A DNA stretch of 64,000 bases from Mytilus trossulus (taxonomy: Eukaryota): contig NC_086378.1 in the NCBI RefSeq assembly GCF_036588685.1, positions 33,852,001 to 33,916,000 on the forward strand, written 5' to 3'. The translations under genes were made by a program, and so were the position numbers. Below are positions 53,709 through 64,000 of the stretch, one piece after another (the stretch's first letter is position 1; each line of letters starts with the position of its first letter). Below the pieces are notes generated by a model. The model ran no database searches and was not told the DNA's origin. It worked only from the letters and a program-made list of their open reading frames with translations.

Positions 53709-54886
53709 TCACCACTTACATAAAGCTGGCGTTGATTGGTCCGCATATCTTAAATCTGATTGGACTGATTTGTAAGGGACTTTGACAGTTTTCAATCCAG
53801 TTTTTACTGAAAAACTGCTCAACCCAAGCTGACAGTAAAAATGCCCCCTTTTTTCATTCAAAATTACAGTTTCTGATCATCATCCCTCATTGCTCAACAA
53901 TAGTAAATTAGTGTCACGGTTTCAATATGATAAATCTGAAGAAGAAAAAAATAATAATGAAAAAAGGTCAAAATACATGCAGAAACATTAAGGAAAGGAA
54001 AGAAAAATAAAACAGGAAAAAATAAAAATAAAATGCAGTTTGAACACTAACAAAGCGAAATAAGAAATGCAAAAACAGAAACAAATGGAATTACACATTC
54101 CCGACATGACATTGTACGGATCGGCTGAGTTTCTCTATTGTTGTATTATGTCATATTTATGTATATTTAATATAAAAAAAGAAGATGTGGTATGATTTTC
54201 ATTTGGGCTGGGCACATTTGTCACATTGTCTGATTGTCGGTGTGCTTACATCGATTCCACATCTTTAATACACAAACAATAAATAAATAAAGACAGAAAG
54301 ACAGAGAGAGATGCCGAAAAAAAATGGAAAAAGGAAAAGAATGGAAAGTACATATCATATATAAAAGTGTTGACGAAAGAGATACTGTTAACAAAAACTA
54401 TAAATAATTATAATAATTAAAAAACACACACCTTCTCATATGAATCTAAGCATGCTCGCATCAATAACCAAGAGAGAGAAAGAAGAGAGCAGACTAGTAT
54501 TAAATATAAATGCTATCAGTGGTTTTTTTTTTCCCCCGACAAACTTTTTATGATTTAACTGAGCTACTAGTGGGTTCAGAGTCAGAAATTACGACAATAA
54601 ATGTTCTCATGAAGAAGACTGAAAAAGTTACTAGACTTAGTGTTATGCTATAAGAACTGTACTTAAATGGGATGCGTTAGAGAGAGAAGAAAAGAAGAAT
54701 GACGGAAGAAGGGACATTTATATTTTAGACATTTTTTATTTGTTATGTAGTAGAATATATTTTTTTTAATTATGTATGGGGAATAAAGTATTACTAAGAT
54801 GTACAACAATTTTAGACTCTTTTTGAAAAATATTGGTGGCCCTGAAAAGGGCCGTTGTTAAGTGAGTAATCTGATATATCCACTTT

Positions 54887-55270
<384 letters not shown>

Positions 55271-55540
55271 CTATTTGGTTGATCGACACTGAGTAAAGTG
55301 ATACAATTTTTCTTCAAAATTTAGCTTATATACCCACTAAACGGATTGAACGATGTTTTTATTATACACCAATCAGAACGAAGCTCTCTGCGGGCAGTTA
55401 GGCTACCGAACATTCAACATGTTATGGGTGCTCTCTCCGAGGTTCGCGTTCAATAAAATCTTTCAATCCGTTTTGCCCAGTATATAAACAAATTGAAAAT
55501 AATTTTTCACCATTACTTATTTGATTATCAAACCAGTAAC

Positions 55541-55915
55541 ATGCCACCCAAAGTAGGAACTAAAGGAGCCAAGAAGGCCGTCACCAAGGCAAAGACTGCC
55601 AGACCCGGCGGTGACAAGAAAAGGAGGAGGAAGAGACGTGAATCCTATGCTATCTACATCTACAAAGTCTTGAGACAAGTTCACCCCGACACCGGAGTGT
55701 CCTCAAAGGCAATGTCCATCATGAACAGCTTCGTCAACGATATCTTCGAGAGAATCGCAGCAGAGGCTTCCCGATTGGCACACTACAACAAAAGATCTAC
55801 CATCACATCTCGGGAGATCCAGACCGCTGTCCGTCTTCTCTTACCCGGAGAATTGGCCAAGCACGCTGTCAGTGAAGGTACCAAAGCCGTCACTAAATAC
55901 ACCAGCAGCAAGTAA
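55541..55915 (+). CDS. H2B: Histone H2B (copy 10)
   Basis: Protein identical to copy 1; start set at the MPPK ATG. Confidence 0.98.
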   Translation: MPPKVGTKGAKKAVTKAKTARPGGDKKRRRKRRESYAIYIYKVLRQVHPDTGVSSKAMSIMNSFVNDIFERIAAEASRLAHYNKRSTITSREIQTAVRLLLPGELAKHAVSEGTKAVTKYTSSK

Positions 55916-56786
55916 ACAGTCTGAAGTTTATAACTTCACAAACGGCCCTTTTCAGGGCCACCAACATTTTTCAAAAAGAATTTACAATTGTTGTACATCA
56001 TGTCAAACTTCTAAACAAAGCTATAAATCCCAACCCCCAGCTATAACTACTTTCAAACTATTTCAATAGTATATGGTTACTTTTCTCTTCTTTCTATCTG
56101 TATAACAAATATGTGTATTTCACTCATTCTGTAGTATTTAATTTGTCAAAACTACAAAGCGTAAATACATAAATCATGAAGAACAAAACAGTGCTTTCAT
56201 TCCAATTAATAGAGTTGATAAATTTACGATTTCTTTTGCTTTTCGAGAGAGAAAAAAATATTGCGAGAATTATTTTACACGGAAACAAGAACATTACCTA
56301 ATCTTAAACCACGCAAAAACTCTATAATTGAATATAACAGAATCTACAGATTTTGTGTGTAAAAGTCCGTGCATTTTGTTTTGAAATTTTCTCTCTTTAT
56401 GTAGGCAAATGCACGGACTTGTTGATCTTTGAACGTATTCATAAACCTTCAGAAATATAAATTCTCAAATAAATACAAGAGTAAGAGTAAGGAAGTTAAT
56501 TAAAAAGAAAGCCAGATATTTAAAAAAAAAAAGGGGGGGGGGGGGGGGGGGGGGGGGGTAATAGCGAGAGAGAGAGAGAGAGAGAGAGAAAATAGTTGCG
56601 GATCAGGATCAGGGAAAACAAGAAAACGGTTGAAAAATTCATGAACATTAGAGAAAAGAATAGAAGTGGGAGCAAGCTTTGATTTCAAGATTTTGTTTAA
56701 AACGATGTACAACAAATCTAAGATTCTTTTTGAAAAATGTTGGTGGCCCTGAAAAGGGCCGTTGTTGATATTAGCTGGGTGGCTGT

Positions 56787-57104
<318 letters not shown>

Positions 57105-58696
57105 CTATTTGTGGTGATTAGTTAAATAATACTTTCCGTCTAACAGCGACTCTTTATATATCACCAACGCGGCCGTAAAAGAAGTATCACACATTTTCAG
57201 TTAACTGTTGTCTGATTGGCTTACGTTGTTTTATTCCGGGAGGTAACTCTGTACTGCCTTAAACTGTGTACACTTTCAATCCACTTTTTCATTCTAGGTC
57301 TGAAAAATATAATAATTCATATCAGACAGTAAATTTTTAAGAAAAAACTATAATTGAACAGAAAAAAACTTTCAATCGGAATAAAAATGACTGCAGGAGA
57401 CAAAAAAAGTTCCAAAATGTTGAAAAGTTTTCATTTTAAGATAGAAAAGTATGATAAATAAATGATAAATGAAAATCACTTTAGACAGTCAAAATTATAA
57501 AGATAATTATTTGCTTTCTCTGAACAGACATTTTTATTCAATGTCAATACACATTTCAACTTAATGGAATGGAATTTAGTTGGGGAAAAAATAAACCTCA
57601 CAGACATATCTAGGAATACTGGTTATCTATTTGTCTATTTCATGTACCCAGAAATTGGATACATCACAGGATTTTACATGCTTGCAGTTTTCTACCTGTC
57701 TTTCATAACTCAACATCATCTGTCAAAGCTGTGCTTGCCATCCATCAAAGATCTGCTGCAGGTACTTCAGATCATAAATGAGAGAATGTATGAATAAAAC
57801 TGTTATTGTTATTACTATTAAAGAATATTTTTTTTAGGTATTACAGTGAAGAAAAGAGATGCCCCTGACTGCGGGTAAAACTTCTTATGTGTGCATCTTC
57901 CTTTCAATTTTATTTTTAAACGCCATTCTATATTTATCCACAGTATGACGATGACAATTTCATCAGCCAATCCAATAAAAATGTTAATGCGCACACATGT
58001 ACTTACTATTCTGAAGACATCTTTTAGCCAGAAAAGTTTATAATAAGTCTGAAAACTACTTTTTATCATATAAAAAAGCTTATAAGTGCAAGATATATGC
58101 TTACATGGACTTCCTACAGTGAAATTTTGTGGGGACTACTTGGACCCGTACCGAAATTATATTAATTTAAATAGAAATTTCATGATTTTGTAAACTAGCA
58201 GCAAGACAAGACTCTAAAGTGGACAAAATATATTACTACATACATGATAAAAAAATTCTTTACAATTCTGACTGAAAAAGAGCTCTAAATTTTTGATAAA
58301 AGTACCCTGTAATATCAGCTTTTCTAAAAGAAATATACAAATTAATGATTTATACAAGATATTTAAACTCTAACTTAAAAAAAAAGGTTATATTTTGGCC
58401 AGTTGGTGGTTCTCTTTCTTTGGTCTAGACTACTGGTGTAAATAATACATCAAAAGAAGACAAGAAAAAACAAGCGAAGAAAAGAAAAGAACAGAAGTAC
58501 AGATAGAAACATTCATATGTTGATCTTTTTTTATATAATGTACTATTTAATATTCTACACACAAGGACATACATGTACCATGATAAACAAACACCCCCCT
58601 TTTTTTTGTGATGAGACTTGCGTGTATATATATATCATAAAATTTATTTTTTGTCTATGTATTGCTTTGCATATAGATGGATTCAACAAGAAGAAA

Positions 58697-58734
<38 letters not shown>

Positions 58735-58853
58735 GGAAAAGAGGGGTTCAGCTATGTTTCTAATTTTCATGTACAACAATTTATAGATTCTTTTTGAAAA
58801 ATATTGGTGGCCCTGAAAAGGGCCGTTATGTTTTGGTGAAAAAATCACACTTC

Positions 58854-59369
<516 letters not shown>

Positions 59370-60547
59370 TCACCACTTACATAAAGCTGGCGTTGATTGG
59401 TCCGCATATCTTAAATCTGATTGGACTGATTTGTAAGGGACTTTGACAGTTTTCAATCCAGTTTTTACTGAAAAACTGCTCAACCCAAGCTGACAGTAAA
59501 AATGCCCCCTTTTTTCATTCAAAATTACAGTTTCTGATCATCATCCCTCATTGCTCAACAATAGTAAATTAGTGTCACGGTTTCAATATGATAAATCTGA
59601 AGAAGAAAAAAATAATAATGAAAAAAGGTCAAAATACATGCAGAAACATTAAGGAAAGGAAAGAAAAATAAAACAGGAAAAAATAAAAATAAAATGCAGT
59701 TTGAACACTAACAAAGCGAAATAAGAAATGCAAAAACAGAAACAAATGGAATTACACATTCCCGACATGACATTGTACGGATCGGCTGAGTTTCTCTATT
59801 GTTGTATTATGTCATATTTATGTATATTTAATATAAAAAAAGAAGATGTGGTATGATTTTCATTTGGGCTGGGCACATTTGTCACATTGTCTGATTGTCG
59901 GTGTGCTTACATCGATTCCACATCTTTAATACACAAACAATAAATAAATAAAGACAGAAAGACAGAGAGAGATGCCGAAAAAAAATGGAAAAAGGAAAAG
60001 AATGGAAAGTACATATCATATATAAAAGTGTTGACGAAAGAGATACTGTTAACAAAAACTATAAATAATTATAATAATTAAAAAACACACACCTTCTCAT
60101 ATGAATCTAAGCATGCTCGCATCAATAACCAAGAGAGAGAAAGAAGAGAGCAGACTAGTATTAAATATAAATGCTATCAGTGGTTTTTTTTTTCCCCCGA
60201 CAAACTTTTTATGATTTAACTGAGCTACTAGTGGGTTCAGAGTCAGAAATTACGACAATAAATGTTCTCATGAAGAAGACTGAAAAAGTTACTAGACTTA
60301 GTGTTATGCTATAAAAACTGTACTTAAATGGGATGCGTTAGAGAGAGAAGAAAAGAAGAATGACGGAAGAAGGGACATTTATATTTTAGACATTTTTTAT
60401 TTGTTATGTAGTAGAATATATTTTTTTTAATTATGTATGGGGAATAAAGTATTACTAAGATGTACAACAATTTTAGACTCTTTTTGAAAAATATTGGTGG
60501 CCCTGAAAAGGGCCGTTGTTAAGTGAGTAATCTGATATATCCACTTT

Positions 60548-60931
<384 letters not shown>

Positions 60932-61201
60932 CTATTTGGTTGATCGACACTGAGTAAAGTGATACAATTTTTCTTCAAAATTTAGCTTATATACCCACTA
61001 AACGGATTGAACGATGTTTTTATTATACACCAATCAGAACGAAGCTCTCTGCGGGCAGTTAGGCTACCGAACATTCAACATGTTATGGGTGCTCTCTCCG
61101 AGGTTCGCGTTCAATAAAATCTTTCAATCCGTTTTGCCCAGTATATAAACAAATTGAAAATAATTTTTCACCATTACTTATTTGATTATCAAACCAGTAA
61201 C

Positions 61202-61576
61202 ATGCCACCCAAAGTAGGAACTAAAGGAGCCAAGAAGGCCGTCACCAAGGCAAAGACTGCCAGACCCGGCGGTGACAAGAAAAGGAGGAGGAAGAGACGT
61301 GAATCCTATGCTATCTACATCTACAAAGTCTTGAGACAAGTTCACCCCGACACCGGAGTGTCCTCAAAGGCAATGTCCATCATGAACAGCTTCGTCAACG
61401 ATATCTTCGAGAGAATCGCAGCAGAGGCTTCCCGATTGGCACACTACAACAAAAGATCTACCATCACATCTCGGGAGATCCAGACCGCTGTCCGTCTTCT
61501 CTTACCCGGAGAATTGGCCAAGCACGCTGTCAGTGAAGGTACCAAAGCCGTCACTAAATACACCAGCAGCAAGTAA
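61202..61576 (+). CDS. H2B: Histone H2B (copy 11)
   Basis: Protein identical to copy 1; start set at the MPPK ATG. Confidence 0.98.
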   Translation: MPPKVGTKGAKKAVTKAKTARPGGDKKRRRKRRESYAIYIYKVLRQVHPDTGVSSKAMSIMNSFVNDIFERIAAEASRLAHYNKRSTITSREIQTAVRLLLPGELAKHAVSEGTKAVTKYTSSK

Positions 61577-62448
61577 ACAGTCTGAAGTTTATAACTTCAC
61601 AAACGGCCCTTTTCAGGGCCACCAACATTTTTCAAAAAGAATTTACAATTGTTGTACATCATGTCAAACTTCTAAACAAAGCTATAAATCCCAACCCCCA
61701 GCTATAACTACTTTCAAACTATTTCAATAGTATATGGTTACTTTTCTCTTCTTTCTATCTGTATAACAAATATGTGTATTTCACTCATTCTGTAGTATTT
61801 AATTTGTCAAAACTACAAAGCGTAAATACATAAATCATGAAGAACAAAACAGTGCTTTCATTCCAATTAATAGAGTTGATAAATTTACGATTTCTTTTGC
61901 TTTTCGAGAGAGAAAAAAATATTGCGAGAATTATTTTACACGGAAACAAGAACATTACCTAATCTTAAACCACGCAAAAACTCTATAATTGAATATAACA
62001 GAATCTACAGATTTTGTGTGTAAAAGTCCGTGCATTTTGTTTTGAAATTTTCTCTCTTTATGTAGGCAAATGCACGGACTTGTTGATCTTTGAACGTATT
62101 CATAAACCTTCAGAAATATAAATTCTCAAATAAATACAAGAGTAAGAGTAAGGAAGTTAATTAAAAAGAAAGCCAGATATTTAAAAAAAAAAAGGGGGGG
62201 GGGGGGGGGGGGGGGGGGGGTAATAGCGAGAGAGAGAGAGAGAGAGAGAGAAAATAGTTGCGGATCAGGATCAGGGAAAACAAGAAAACGGTTGAAAAAT
62301 TCATGAACATTAGAGAAAAGAATAGAAGTGGGAGCAAGCTTTGATTTCAAGATTTTGTTTAAAACGATGTACAACAAATCTAAGATTCTTTTTGAAAAAT
62401 GTTGGTGGCCCTGAAAAGGGCCGTTGTTGATATTAGCTGGGTGGCTGT

Positions 62449-62766
<318 letters not shown>

Positions 62767-64000
62767 CTATTTGTGGTGATTAGTTAAATAATACTTTCCG
62801 TCTAACAGCGACTCTTTATATATCACCAACGCGGCCGTAAAAGAAGTATCACACATTTTCAGTTAACTGTTGTCTGATTGGCTTACGTTGTTTTATTCCG
62901 GGAGGTAACTCTGTACTGCCTTAAACTGTGTACACTTTCAATCCACTTTTTCATTCTAGGTCTGAAAAATATAATAATTCATATCAGACAGTAAATTTTT
63001 AAGAAAAAACTATAATTGAACAGAAAAAAACTTTCAATCGGAATAAAAATGACTGCAGGAGACAAAAAAAGTTCCAAAATGTTGAAAAGTTTTCATTTTA
63101 AGATAGAAAAGTATGATAAATAAATGATAAATGAAAATCACTTTAGACAGTCAAAATTATAAAGATAATTATTTGCTTTCTCTGAACAGACATTTTTATT
63201 CAATGTCAATACACATTTCAACTTAATGGAATGGAATTTAGTTGGGGAAAAAATAAACCTCACAGACATATCTAGGAATACTGGTTATCTATTTGTCTAT
63301 TTCATGTACCCAGAAATTGGATACATCACAGGATTTTACATGCTTGCAGTTTTCTACCTGTCTTTCATAACTCAACATCATCTGTCAAAGCTGTGCTTGC
63401 CATCCATCAAAGATCTGCTGCAGGTACTTCAGATCATAAATGAGAGAATGTATGAATAAAACTGTTATTGTTATTACTATTAAAGAATATTTTTTTTAGG
63501 TATTACAGTGAAGAAAAGAGATGCCCCTGACTGCGGGTAAAACTTCTTATGTGTGCATCTTCCTTTCAATTTTATTTTTAAACGCCATTCTATATTTATC
63601 CACAGTATGACGATGACAATTTCATCAGCCAATCCAATAAAAATGTTAATGCGCACACATGTACTTACTATTCTGAAGACATCTTTTAGCCAGAAAAGTT
63701 TATAATAAGTCTGAAAACTACTTTTTATCATATAAAAAAGCTTATAAGTGCAAGATATATGCTTACATGGACTTCCTACAGTGAAATTTTGTGGGGACTA
63801 CTTGGACCCGTACCGAAATTATATTAATTTAAATAGAAATTTCATGATTTTGTAAACTAGCAGCAAGACAAGACTCTAAAGTGGACAAAATATATTACTA
63901 CATACATGATAAAAAAATTCTTTACAATTCTGACTGAAAAAGAGCTCTAAATTTTTGATAAAAGTACCCTGTAATATCAGCTTTTCTAAAAGAAATATAC

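Overview
The whole 64 kb window is a head-to-tail tandem array of a ~5.66 kb replication-dependent core histone gene unit. It holds about 11.3 copies, with periods of 5655-5662 bp measured between H4 ORFs. On the + strand each unit reads H4(-), H3(-), H2A(-), H2B(+), which is H4> <H2B H2A> H3> on the reverse strand, with H2A/H2B divergent and H2B/H4 convergent. There are 45 intact, intronless histone CDS (12 H4, 11 H3, 11 H2A, 11 H2B). I see no H1, no histone variant and no recognisable 5S rRNA gene. The H2B N-terminal tail and the unit layout look like a bivalve, most likely Mytilus; this is inference from memory, not a database hit. Units are essentially identical: all length differences are explained by one (GA)13-16 tract, one G22-27 tract and a 1-bp indel, and I noticed one SNP. 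The non-coding observations worth following up are: (1) an extra conserved 11-mer TTGTTGTACAT 28-29 nt past the stem-loop in all four genes; (2) a TTCAATCC-N10/11-TATA core promoter module, with CACAAAAA in the TATA position at H3; (3) outward-facing orphan copies of that module upstream of H3 and H4; (4) a possible cryptic three-exon spliced fragment in the H4-H3 spacer; (5) a perfect 14-bp inverted repeat between the convergent H2B and H4 ends; (6) a short foldback or MITE-like remnant. Regulatory features are listed for the first unit only but recur in every unit.
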